A program made the translations under genes and the position numbers. This document shows, piece by piece, positions 42,479-53,024 of a stretch of 64,000 nucleotides of DNA. Where the stretch lies: NCBI GenBank assembly GCA_000146045.2, contig BK006946.2:576001-640000 (forward strand), in the 5' to 3' direction. The notes under the pieces were generated by a model. That model was not told the DNA's origin. It saw only the letters and a list, made by a program, of their open reading frames with translations, and searched no databases. Numbering within the stretch: the first letter of the stretch is position 1; each line of letters opens with the position of its first letter. The DNA is from TPA_inf: Saccharomyces. Lineage: Eukaryota.

Positions 42479-43303
42479 ATGGTGAAAGTAACTGCAGCTT
42501 GTATCATAATTGGTGATGAAGTGCTGAATGGAAAAGTAGTTGATACAAATTCCACTTTTTTTGCGAAGTATTGCTTTGATCATGGAATTCAATTAAAAGA
42601 AATTGCAACTATAGGGGATGATGAAACCCAGATCGTAGATACTGTGAGAAGATTAGTCAAAAATTATGATTTTATCATCAGTACAGGTGGAATCGGCCCC
42701 ACTCATGACGACATCACTTACGAATGTATGGCGAAAAGCTTTAATTTGCCTTGTGAACTAGATGAAGAATGCAAAGAACGAATGAGGCATAAATCTGACC
42801 CTGAAGCAAGGCTTGATGCAGATGCTCTAAAGGCGCATTACCAAATGGCAACCATGCCAAAAGGCACAAACGTCAAAAATTATTATGTGTGTGATGACTT
42901 GTGGGTACCTATTTGTTCTATATCTCACAAAATGTATATACTACCCGGTATCCCTCAACTATTTGCAAGGATGCTGAAAGCGTTCACTCCCACGTTGAAA
43001 AAAATATATAATTTGGACAAGGATCCACGTGAGTATGTTCGTTATTTTGTCAGAACACACCTAACTGAGTCTCAAATTTCTAAAGAGCTAAAGTTGATTC
43101 AGGATGAATCAACAAAAGTTTCAGAAGCCATTAAAATAGGCTCATACCCACATTTTGGTATGGGATTCAATACAGTTAGTATTTTGGGTGAAAAGAAAGA
43201 CGATTCATATCTGAAGAGTATTGTCAATAGAGTTGTTAATAACCTCGAGGGAGAAGTAATTTCTTCTGAACTTGAAAACAAGTTCTCGAACCAGGAGAGC
43301 TGA
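42479..43303 (+). CDS. YMR178W: Uncharacterised protein with a MoaB/MogA/CinA-like (molybdopterin-binding fold) domain, 274 aa.
   Basis: The N-terminus reads [24 protein letters not shown]...[16 protein letters not shown]. This matches the GGTG-type motif of MogA/MoaB/CinA folds. The length is 274 aa. Confidence 0.75.
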
Positions 43304-43857
43304 ATACCCGAGTATTTAGAACTATGTATAGATATAGATTTTTTTTTTGGGAGCAAAGTCATCTCAGTCATCGCCGGTAGTTGCGCTTTCTTCTCAACAA
43401 AAAAGTACACTGCTCGTGGTAGAAAGGTACCTTGAAAAATTAAAGATCACATTGCTACTGTTAGAGCTTCAATCGCTAAAGTAAACATTTGAAAAATGCA
43501 TATCCGAAAGGACCAAACCAGCAAAAGGTATATAATTCATTCAATAGATACAACTGCTCCATGAAAGGAAAAACCTTCATTTACGGTCGCGTTTTTTTTC
43601 GTGATATAAAAAAGGTAAAAAAAACGCGTCGCGTTAGAAAAAAGGTGTGTGTGAAGAGAAAGACCCATTGAATGGAGAGTTCGGTTCTTGGGAATTGCAC
43701 TGAGCCGTGGTGAGTTTGTTGCTTTACTACATCTCTTCTTTTATAAGCAACGCTTAAGCTGAACCTAGTCAACACACATAACTGAAGTCAATTTGACCAG
43801 GTGCAACTGAAACCTGGATTGGAATTGGTATTCACTTGAACAAAAGACTCTGGTAAA

Positions 43858-46134
43858 ATGTCTGAACTCTCTCAAATGACATTGAAGATCCTTTACACAT
43901 TGGATAATGGATCCAATGGTAGTTATTTAGCCCGCTCAAGGGCTCCAAAACAGGTAAGAGTTGCTAATATTCCTAGTCCATTCCCGACAGATTCGAATGA
44001 GCAAACGGAGTTGCGAATTGGCGCCATCCATTTGAAGACTATACTGCATGAAATATACTTAAATTCACCTGAAGTGTTAGACCATGACACTTTAAAAGAT
44101 GGATATGATTATAACTTGTATTATCGTGACATATGTGAAGTGGATGAGCCATTAGTAAGCCTTGGTCTTCTTTCCGGGCTTCGAAAAAAGTTTCATAAGA
44201 ATAGCCCCTACCAGTATACAGAAAACAATATTGGTGAAGAAGAAAGTGAAGAGAGAGATGAGGTAACTGAAGAAGAGTATGAAGATGAATCTTTTATAGT
44301 TACTGGAAGGGTATGCTCGAATGTTTCCGCTTTACTACGAAGATCATATAGCAACATCTCGAATAAAAAGGGAAGGGTCGTAAACAACCAAATTCCGGAA
44401 GAAACTTTGGAGGTTAAACTAAGATTCACAAAAGTTATAACCAATTTAAGGACGTCTGGTAACAATACTACAAATTCTCGGATATCGTGTCTTCAAATGC
44501 CGTCTTCTTTACCATCAGCAACACTTCCGTTTACCCCAAAATCGCAATCTCTTTTCAAGACAAACCAAATAAAAAATTCAAGGAATGCAAGGACCACGAT
44601 AACAATAAATAATACTAATAGCGGGACTGTGGGAAGAAGACAGACGAATCCTATGCCTGCTCCAAAAGCTGTCAGAACTCAGTCTTTACCCATCTGGAAT
44701 CTTAAACCAAATATAGCGAATACTGGTTTCCCAAGAAATTCAATTGCGCACAAAATCTACTTAGCAGATAGAAAAACAGAAGCCAATCAACAAAACAACC
44801 AGCATCAAAACATAGCTTACGAAATAAATACTTTGCAAAACGATAATACTATTCAGAGGACCAAGATCGATGATTCGGTAAGCAAGAGGTTCGATTTTAT
44901 GCTCAACAAAAGAAAGTCTACGAAAAAAGTGTCACCTGGTATAGCAACGATAGCAAAAAAACCAGCTTCAATAAACATAAATCCAAAGCAACCGCCGAAG
45001 ACTAGTGGTGAAAAAAAAGCAAATGATAAGCAAACGATTGTCAAAGTTAAGAATTCGAATTCCAAAAATTCGGCTAAGTCTACACAAGCAGGATGTAGGC
45101 GATCATCAGTGATAGAACATTTAAATGATCATGACGATTCAATTTTAAGTGACATTCTATCGGAACCAGGCATTGAAGGGCAGAAATTGCAGCAAAAACA
45201 AAAGGGGCGTAAGATATCTTTAACTAGTGAAAATGATAAAGAAAATATTCCACCCCAAAGCATAACTAGTAAAGAGAACAAGCTTGAAGGTGACTTGGAT
45301 TTTAACGCTGAGTTCCCCATGAGTGACTTTTCGGATGTAGTATTTAAAGATGAGATGGGATGGTTTTCCAATTTCAATTGCAATTTTTTTGAATCACCAA
45401 CTTCTGCAAGTGCATCACAACTCAATCAGCAAAATTTGAAGCCTTCTATAACACTCAACGATCCAAACACCTGTAACACCATTGCTCTCGAAAATGAAGA
45501 TGTCAGTGAATTGGAAACAGCGCAAAATAATAAAATATCTTTGCCTAGCGATGTTGACAAAACCTCCCCAATAGACTCGTTGTCTATACCTTTAATTGAA
45601 CTTACACATTCAAGCTCGACAACAAACATGCAGCGTATATCCATTAAAGAAGGATCGACACTAAATATAACAGATAGTAATAATGCCACCCCATGTGATA
45701 ATGATATAAAAGATAGAAAGGCATCTGTAATAGATTCGGACAATACAAAACCTCAGGCAGGGCTTATAAATTTCTCTACTCCAGCTGACCAGCCAGCTTC
45801 TGATAATAATGTTACAGCTTCGAAAAAGCTTACTAGCATGCTGGAAACTCAGCAAAGTAAGAGATCTCATGAAGAAGTTTTGGATGAAGAGGAAGAGGAG
45901 GAAGCCCTCAAAAAGCAAAAGGCAATACCGTCTTCACCATGTGGGATGTTCAATTATCATCAACCCATGGAATTATCTGAGGACATAGTTGAAGAAGAGC
46001 AAGGACACAATATCGGCGATGATAATGAAAGCGATAAGACCAACGATTTATTCTCAACATTCATCCATTCAGGAATAAGAGTAAGTCAGGTAGTAACAAG
46101 TCCCATCGGTGAATTTCAGTCAATAAAACACTGA
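43858..46134 (+). CDS. SPT21: Regulator of histone gene transcription, 758 aa.
   Basis: The length is 758 aa and the N-terminus reads MSELSQMTLKILYTLDNGSNGSYLARS. It sits between YMR178W and CTL1. Confidence 0.8.
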   Translation: MSELSQMTLKILYTLDNGSNGSYLARSRAPKQVRVANIPSPFPTDSNEQTELRIGAIHLKTILHEIYLNSPEVLDHDTLKDGYDYNLYYRDICEVDEPLVSLGLLSGLRKKFHKNSPYQYTENNIGEEESEERDEVTEEEYEDESFIVTGRVCSNVSALLRRSYSNISNKKGRVVNNQIPEETLEVKLRFTKVITNLRTSGNNTTNSRISCLQMPSSLPSATLPFTPKSQSLFKTNQIKNSRNARTTITINNTNSGTVGRRQTNPMPAPKAVRTQSLPIWNLKPNIANTGFPRNSIAHKIYLADRKTEANQQNNQHQNIAYEINTLQNDNTIQRTKIDDSVSKRFDFMLNKRKSTKKVSPGIATIAKKPASININPKQPPKTSGEKKANDKQTIVKVKNSNSKNSAKSTQAGCRRSSVIEHLNDHDDSILSDILSEPGIEGQKLQQKQKGRKISLTSENDKENIPPQSITSKENKLEGDLDFNAEFPMSDFSDVVFKDEMGWFSNFNCNFFESPTSASASQLNQQNLKPSITLNDPNTCNTIALENEDVSELETAQNNKISLPSDVDKTSPIDSLSIPLIELTHSSSTTNMQRISIKEGSTLNITDSNNATPCDNDIKDRKASVIDSDNTKPQAGLINFSTPADQPASDNNVTASKKLTSMLETQQSKRSHEEVLDEEEEEEALKKQKAIPSSPCGMFNYHQPMELSEDIVEEEQGHNIGDDNESDKTNDLFSTFIHSGIRVSQVVTSPIGEFQSIKH

Positions 46135-46168
46135 AAATATTACATGAACTTATTCCTAGCACAGCATG

Positions 46169-46192
46169 TATATATATATATATATATATATA
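46169..46192. repeat. (TA)12 dinucleotide microsatellite in the SPT21/CTL1 convergent 3' intergenic region.
   Basis: gtatatatatatatatatatatatac. Confidence 0.9.
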
Positions 46193-46250
46193 CTCAGATC
46201 ATACATGTAGCACCTTATAGAGAACAAAAAGAAGTATTTAATTAGCATTT

Positions 46251-47213
46251 TCATGTCGTTAACATGTTATCGCGTTCTGCAGCCTTACGTATAAGGTCGC
46301 TGGCATTCAAAAACGAGCACATATACTCATTAAACTTCTCCCTATCATTAGCGGAAATTGTCTCCTTGAATATAGGATCCATTTCTACCTCCACTTCATG
46401 GGACGTGTATTGATGGGAGTTCCTTCGCGTGGTAGTAACCTTTGTCAAATCCAAGTGTAAAGGCATTTTATCATTAAAGGTGTAGGTGGAACGGCTTTTG
46501 GTTCTTTGTAAAATAAAGCCATTCCTGAAAGCGGCAGAAGTTTCGTATTCAGGCACTTCAAGGCTGATGCTAATTTTAGCGTCTAATGAACTTTGAGGAT
46601 AGCGAATGAGAAAATCCTTGACCCGGACCTTTTTGATGTAAGTAAGTTTAAGTTCTTTGTTTCTAAGGTCTTCCGAACAACGCCATGAAGTTAATTTGCC
46701 AACTTTCGAGGCATTGTTGCAGTTATATATAGAATCTTTCGTATACTTTTGTACCTGTTTTACTACTCTTGGGGCACATTTACTTGGATTCTCCGATTTT
46801 GAGCGGAGTAGCTCCTGGAAACTCGAGAACATTTGCTCAGGAACGTTAGACACTAAGCGGCCATTTCTGTTTTGAACAATAAAGGGCTTGTTGTGTGGTG
46901 TCATCCTGCGATGTGTCCTTTTGTCTGTTATAACACCAAATTTCATTTCGATTTCAATGTGTGATATCGACGATTTATCAATACAAGCAAGATATTTCCA
47001 TGCTAACTTACAAACATGTTTATGGAATTCTGTCGCACCTCTTGAATTGTTTCTTGTGGTTTTGTATAAAGCTCTAGTTGATGTTAATGGCTTAGTGGTT
47101 TCAGAGATATGCAAGCTTCTGAATTTCGAGGCAACATTAGCGTCAGCTTTCTTTGCGCCAACATTTTCATGAGAATTTCTACTATTGGAAGGAGTCTCGG
47201 GTTGGTCAGACAT
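46251..47213 (-). CDS. CTL1: RNA 5'-triphosphatase of the CET1 family (triphosphate tunnel), 320 aa.
   Basis: The tunnel-fold motif ISHIEIEMKFG is present near the N-terminus of the domain. The length is 320 aa. Confidence 0.8.
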   Translation of the reverse strand: MSDQPETPSNSRNSHENVGAKKADANVASKFRSLHISETTKPLTSTRALYKTTRNNSRGATEFHKHVCKLAWKYLACIDKSSISHIEIEMKFGVITDKRTHRRMTPHNKPFIVQNRNGRLVSNVPEQMFSSFQELLRSKSENPSKCAPRVVKQVQKYTKDSIYNCNNASKVGKLTSWRCSEDLRNKELKLTYIKKVRVKDFLIRYPQSSLDAKISISLEVPEYETSAAFRNGFILQRTKSRSTYTFNDKMPLHLDLTKVTTTRRNSHQYTSHEVEVEMDPIFKETISANDREKFNEYMCSFLNASDLIRKAAERDNMLTT

Positions 47214-47615
47214 ATCTTAAACTTCCTATAGTGTTTTCATTTTTCCTTTTCAGTGCTTTTTTTTTCTTTCCCATTTTGCTGGTAGTCAACAAAGTTGTCT
47301 TAAGGAAAAAAAAATAAAGAAAATATTGAAAACTAATAAGTTTTTTTCCTGTAAAAGTGTATAAAATATATAGGAGATCCCGTCAAATAATAGAAAAAAA
47401 ATTTTTTGCCACATATACCTGTAGCCCCAGGAATACTGAAAAAATGGAGTAAAATGAAATGAACAATTCGTCGTGAAGAATACAAAGAAATATTAAAGAA
47501 ATTTCGACGTAATACATAGTTCAACCGATTAATAAGAAATACCCAGAATAATAAGAGAAAGAAAATGAAAAAAGGAAAAGAAGCCCCATGTCTGTAGTGA
47601 ACGTGTTCTCGTTAG

Positions 47616-48080
47616 TTATTCAGAAGAAGCTGGACTGAAACTCTTCGAAGTGTAGGGATTGAACTTAACTATCTTTTCCTCTTTAGGAGTGGAGGAATAC
47701 GTTTGGGAGATTTGTAACTGGGTCAATAGTGCTTGTTCCATGTAATACTTGTCAATTTCCTGGTATACCACTTGTTCTTCTGGGGTGAGCAAACTTCTTG
47801 GACAATAAAAGATGTCGTCTTCGAAAGTTTTACTGATGTTGTTTTTGTACATTATGGTGTTCATGCCGTCTTGTTGGGTAGTGAATTCATCACTAGAACT
47901 CACCCTACTGTTGTTGGCAGTGTTATAGCTGAAAATGCCCGAGTTATTTTTACTATTGGGTACCGAGGGAGAAGAATAGAATGACTGAGGGCTGGTGAGG
48001 TTGAATTCATGTTGTTGGATGCTTTCCGTAAGGTAGAGGCTTGTGTTCATTTTTGCTTCCGCCTGCAAAAGTGGAGTCAT
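47616..48080 (-). CDS. YMR181C: Protein of unknown function, 154 aa.
   Basis: It is a 154-aa ORF with ordinary yeast codon usage. It is assigned by position between CTL1 and RGM1. Confidence 0.6.
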   Translation of the reverse strand: MTPLLQAEAKMNTSLYLTESIQQHEFNLTSPQSFYSSPSVPNSKNNSGIFSYNTANNSRVSSSDEFTTQQDGMNTIMYKNNISKTFEDDIFYCPRSLLTPEEQVVYQEIDKYYMEQALLTQLQISQTYSSTPKEEKIVKFNPYTSKSFSPASSE

Positions 48081-48531
48081 TTTTTTTTTGTTCTGAAATC
48101 AGGAGAATTAGAGTAGGGGGAAGGTGAGTAAATATAAGGGGTCGAGGAACAAAATCCTTATAAACAATCCGTAGAGTAAAACGCTGCTTGTTATCTTACA
48201 GCAATGTAATAACAAGCAAGAAAGATAAAGCAATACGAACCAGTTGCTACTTGGTGGCACAGACGTGCGAATTAATTAAGGTTGTGTGGACAGGAAAATA
48301 GCGTTTCCCTCGAAGGGTATTGTTCTTGTTCTTTTTATATTTTCGGCATTTTTATGCTCGGCATTTCCCAACAGAAGCGGATATATTTTAAGGGCGCGGA
48401 GATGAGCCAAACGGCAAGCGATATCAAAATATCTGCATAATAACGGCAATCAACGCGCACGCGAATGGCCAAGAGGGTACAATAGCAGCAATGATGCGGC
48501 TTGTGAAATGGAGGAGTGGGTGCGGTAGAGC

Positions 48532-49167
48532 TTATTTTTTTGCGTTTGGTGAAGCGTCCTTGGCCTGGTCAAAACTTTGCACCTTAGACGGCGATGCTGG
48601 AGTGTCACTGCTATCTGGAGGGAGCTCTACAATGTTGTGGTTTTGTATGGGAGTGTGGTTCAGGAAGAGTGGTTGCATATAGCTGTATATTGGTAGTGGA
48701 GGAGGCTGATGCGGCAATGGTATGGGAGCAGATGGCATAGGATGAGGGAAGTATGGTGGTGCGTAAAGAGATATAGTGTCTTGTGGGCTAGCAGGAGTTG
48801 ATATGGGCAGATTGTATGGAACAGGCGCGGGCTGGACAACAATTCCATATGGGCGTAATTGCGGGAACATTCTTGTTGCGTTAGGGTCGTTCGCAGTGCT
48901 ATTTGCGGACTGCTGCAGTCTACGTAAGGACATCAAATCAACGTCCGAATGAACAGAAGATTGATGTTGTCTTAAGTTATCGATTCTACTGAAGAATTTA
49001 AGGCAGATATTGCATTGGAATGGTTTCTCCCCTGTGTGTTTCCTGATATGTCTAGCCAAATGTTCGGTCCTATTGAAACTCATGTTACAATCAGGATATC
49101 CCACGCATCTATAATTTCTCTTGACAGAAGCGTTGTCTTTGTTCCTTTTCGGTTGTTTTCCTCTCAT
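48532..49167 (-). CDS. RGM1: C2H2 zinc-finger transcription factor with a Pro-rich C-terminus, 211 aa.
   Basis: There are two C2H2 fingers ([26 protein letters not shown] and [24 protein letters not shown]). The tail is proline-rich. Confidence 0.85.
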   Translation of the reverse strand: MRGKQPKRNKDNASVKRNYRCVGYPDCNMSFNRTEHLARHIRKHTGEKPFQCNICLKFFSRIDNLRQHQSSVHSDVDLMSLRRLQQSANSTANDPNATRMFPQLRPYGIVVQPAPVPYNLPISTPASPQDTISLYAPPYFPHPMPSAPIPLPHQPPPLPIYSYMQPLFLNHTPIQNHNIVELPPDSSDTPASPSKVQSFDQAKDASPNAKK

Positions 49168-49381
49168 GTTTAACCAGTGTCATGCTAATTGTCCTGGACT
49201 ATAGACGTGAGTGGGGAGGAATAGTGCTATGAAGTCGCAATTGAATCAAGAATACACGAAAGAAAGAGAAGGAGGCGTCTGTTCATATACACACAAACAA
49301 TAGTTGAAATCAAGAAGATACAATGAAAGAAAAGAGAAGGAAAATAATGTTATAAACGATTGAAGGGATCCGCTGAGGAAT

Positions 49382-49458
49382 GAAAAAAAAAAATAAGAAA
49401 GTAAGAGAAGGGAAAAAAAAAAGAAAAAAAGAAAAAAAGAAAAAAAGAAAAAAAGAGG
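49382..49458. repeat. Purine-only A-rich tract with about 5 copies of GAAAAAAA.
   Basis: gaaaaaaaaaaataagaaagtaagagaagggaaaaaaaaaagaaaaaaagaaaaaaagaaaaaaagaaaaaaagaggg. Confidence 0.9.
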
Positions 49459-49704
49459 GAATGATCGAAGATAAAAATTCTCAGAAATTTGAGAAGAAGG
49501 AAAAACTCTACTTAAATAAAGATAAACTTTTCATGGCTTGAGAGTCCGGCATCCACGTAACTTAATGGTCCGTGCGGTAACATGGCAGGGTGTGCAGGAC
49601 CCTATGGCTCGAGAAGTTGCTACCGGTGTTTAATTTTTTTTTTATCTTAATATTAGGAAGAGAAAAAGCATCAGTTACGAGACTCCTGAAGGAGCGCCGG
49701 AAAG

Positions 49705-49738
49705 TTTCTTTTTTTTTTTTTTTTTTTTAATTTTTTTT
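49705..49738. repeat. Poly(dT) tract of 20 T, then AA, then 8 T.
   Basis: ctttttttttttttttttttttaattttttttg. Confidence 0.9.
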
Positions 49739-50920
49739 GTGTGGGGAAAGACCGACTACCAGTAATACTTTAAAGATATTATTAAAAGAAATCCCGAAAA
49801 AAGAAAGACCATGAGAAAACCGAGTGCGTTTCATGCATGTAACATAATATTTCTTCCCCTCGTTAAGTGTGCATCAGCAACCATAATGCTGAATTAACCG
49901 CAAAGGTTACCATAAAGGATCGCATATAAACAAAACTCGCCCTTTCTCCTGCATCCCTTACCGAAAAGGAAAGTTTATATACACTTAAAGGAAAGTGCTA
50001 CTGTAGGTCGTCAGGCCGTTGATGTACTGCTCTTCGAGACAACTATTGTACCTTAACTGTAAGAATTTGCTCAAGCCCTCAAAAAACACAACGTGCGGGT
50101 AACGACAACGAAGTGGGCGCAAGACAAAGATGGAATATCCTATCCGATGGGCACTATAAAAGGCGAAGGGAAAATTAGTTTTTTTTCTTGTCAAGCATTT
50201 GCCGAGCGCTTCAATGTTGATTGGTCTAGAAGTAACAATCAAGACAGATAAAGTCTAGTACGTGTGCAGGTTAATGCGCAAGTGAGAAGTGTAGATATTG
50301 TAGTTGTGATATTTACTATTCTAACTTGGCGCTATTAACGCTTTCACAACCCAAAAACATCAAGAAAAGCCTTTCAATAAATTGCTCTTCTCTTGGCGAA
50401 AGAAAGCGGGGGGCAAAAAGAATCACGGGACTTATGTTTCGGGATCTCTTTGTTTCTTCTTTTTTTCCCGGAGAATAATTTTTTAGGACCAATTACCGTA
50501 GTTGCGACTACAACAATTGTTGTTCATACCCCCACGATTTACTTTTTGAAAACTAGTTTTTGGAATAATAATGTTGTAAAATTTCCCTTTTTCCACCCCG
50601 ATTTGTATTTTATTTTTCGTTACAAAATTGGGACTAATATTAAGGGCGACAGTTTTTCTTAAAAGTAAGATTTTTTACTTAAAAATTCTTGTTCTTAACG
50701 AAATTACATACGTATTAAAATTATTTATTAGATAGTCGGTATTGTCTTTTTGTGAAAAAAAAAAATTATAATACTAATTGTTAAAAAGGCAGGTATGAGG
50801 AGGGTATAGTAGGAAAGAGAAAAGACGTTACAATTTTTAGGTTTTCGGTTTTAATAGAAATTGTTTGATTACACATAATAGGAATTGGGGGGCTGGCGGG
50901 AGGGAGGCGCATGTGCTCTA

Positions 50921-51808
50921 TTACTTTCTTGTTTCCACAACGGATGGAACAACCACAACGACAACAACAATAGCAAAGATAATAAAGCAGATGATCAAAC
51001 ATCTTATTTTGTTTTTTCTTGCTTTTCTGGCACTCTTAACGGCCTTGTTGGTGTGACCCACACCTTGCTCTACATCTTGCTGAGCGTCTTCGACGTTTTT
51101 GTCAATGACATCCACATTTTCTTGTTGTTCGATGACCAACTCTTCCATGTCATTGAACAATTGGGTAAGTTCAGCCATTGTTTTTTCCAACTTCAACAAC
51201 TCTTGATGTCTAGCCTGTACTTCGGCCAATGCTGTCTTGGCCTCACCACGTCTATTGGCGTTTAGCAACGCTTGGGAAAAGATCTGCTGGCCATTGACAT
51301 CGTTGATGGCGGCTTCCACTTCTTCGTCAGTGGCTTCCGGTTGGATAATTGTGTACTGTCTCTTCGCCTGCTCTTTGCTTTCTTCTTTGTAGTTAGAATC
51401 GATAATTCTGTAGTCTTGAATTAATTTTAAGAATTTCTGTCTGCAATTTTCAGCTTGTGCCTGTTTATTAGAGTCGTGCAATCCGTCTCTCTGGGCATCT
51501 TTGATATCCGCTTTCAATTGATACTGCAAATCTGTGGCCTGAGAGATGTAATCGTCCAAAGAACGTCTCAATTCCATCTCCTGTTCCTCACTCACTTGAG
51601 TAAGTAGGTCTTTGTGTTGCGCATCAATTTGGTTGATAATGTTTTCGTACCTGGACAAGTTAGCATTTATTGAGTTGATCTTGTTCATAAAAGCTACGAA
51701 ATCGTCGCTACCATCTGAGTGACCAGTAGGAGCATTGTTCAAGTCCTCTTGCATTTCATAGTTTTCAGCGTACGGATTGTTATTCTCATAAGGATTAGCG
51801 TTGCTCAT
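50921..51808 (-). CDS. SSO2: Plasma-membrane syntaxin (t-SNARE), 295 aa.
   Basis: The first ATG, at 51808-51806, gives 295 aa (MSNANPYENNNPY...). There is a SNARE motif and a C-terminal TM anchor (CLIICFIIFAIVVVVVVVPSVV). The track ORF starts at a GTG at 51868. Confidence 0.85.
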   Translation of the reverse strand: MSNANPYENNNPYAENYEMQEDLNNAPTGHSDGSDDFVAFMNKINSINANLSRYENIINQIDAQHKDLLTQVSEEQEMELRRSLDDYISQATDLQYQLKADIKDAQRDGLHDSNKQAQAENCRQKFLKLIQDYRIIDSNYKEESKEQAKRQYTIIQPEATDEEVEAAINDVNGQQIFSQALLNANRRGEAKTALAEVQARHQELLKLEKTMAELTQLFNDMEELVIEQQENVDVIDKNVEDAQQDVEQGVGHTNKAVKSARKARKNKIRCLIICFIIFAIVVVVVVVPSVVETRK

Positions 51809-52188
51809 TGCTGCAATATTTGTGCGTGTATGGGCAGTTTTCAAATGTAAAGTATTACAATTCCACACTATTCCAGCTCTCTTATGGGTATATTAAACGA
51901 TTTAACCTGCCAACAGCATTTATTTGTCATTTTACTTGCTTTTTTCATCCATCCATTGAAACTAAAAACGTCAAAAAAGGCCATTTCGTAAACAACGGCC
52001 GGGTGATAAGCACGTCGTTTAGGGGGGACCCTTTGCTGCCGCTTGGTACCCGGCTCGTAAGACATAAAGATGCCACATATTTACTTTTAGCTGGCTTCTT
52101 TATTCACACAGGCTACTCATAAGAGCTTCAGTAGACGCGCATCTGTCGGTTCTTCGTCAATCTATTTCCGCACATACTATTACGTACG

Positions 52189-52785
52189 ATGGCTATTAAA
52201 CCAACCAAAAGTTTTCAGAATTGTCTAGAAGCTGAAGTGCCTGGTTATAACGACTGTCCGACAGTTTTGTTTTCTATCGACCCTAATAGCGGACCTAGAT
52301 CCAAATCTAAACAAAGAACGAAATCGAAAAGATGTGTTAGCGGCAGACTTGCCACAGAAGTGTTAGATCTTTATGGGAACACTAAAACAGCTACTACGCC
52401 GCCACCAGTTTTGAGGAGGCCATCTGTAACTGCTGCTCAACAAGAATCTGCCTGTGAAGGTGTGCTCGTAAAAGACCAAGGCGATAGACAGCTCCAGCCG
52501 ATATTATGCAGTAAAGAAGAATTAGTGGCTAAGATCAACGACCTCTGTGTGTGTGGCTCGAAGCTCTCTTCGAAGGAGTTGGAATTTTACAAGAAAAAAT
52601 TAGATTCAAACATTACCAAGATTTTACAAAACGAGCACACCAAAACAGTACTATCCCAGATTTTCAATGAAAAAGACAAAAATATGGCCGTGAAAACCAT
52701 TAAACATTGGATGGTTACTGACACAACAATCTCAAATTGGTGTCCCGCATTCTTAAAAATTTTTGAAAATGCGATGCCTAATTAA
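52189..52785 (+). CDS. ADD37: Protein of 198 aa implicated in ER-associated degradation of alpha-1-antitrypsin.
   Basis: The ORF is 198 aa and lies between SSO2 and RTP1. The identity is by synteny and length. Confidence 0.65.
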   Translation: MAIKPTKSFQNCLEAEVPGYNDCPTVLFSIDPNSGPRSKSKQRTKSKRCVSGRLATEVLDLYGNTKTATTPPPVLRRPSVTAAQQESACEGVLVKDQGDRQLQPILCSKEELVAKINDLCVCGSKLSSKELEFYKKKLDSNITKILQNEHTKTVLSQIFNEKDKNMAVKTIKHWMVTDTTISNWCPAFLKIFENAMPN

Positions 52786-53024
52786 TCAATAATATTATTA
52801 TATTTATAAATAGAAGTACACTACGCAGAACATTTTATTTTCTAAAAAAAAAAAGAATTCCTATTGAATAATTAAAAATCAAGGTTACCCGCAGTCTGCT
52901 TGAGAAATTTAATAAAAAACATGTAATCATCTCATCGCGTCGAACAGCATATAGCAATAAGGGCTCATCACCGCCTCATGTTTCTTCTTGTCATATCAGA
53001 TCAAGAAAAACAAAAGGTTGGAAA

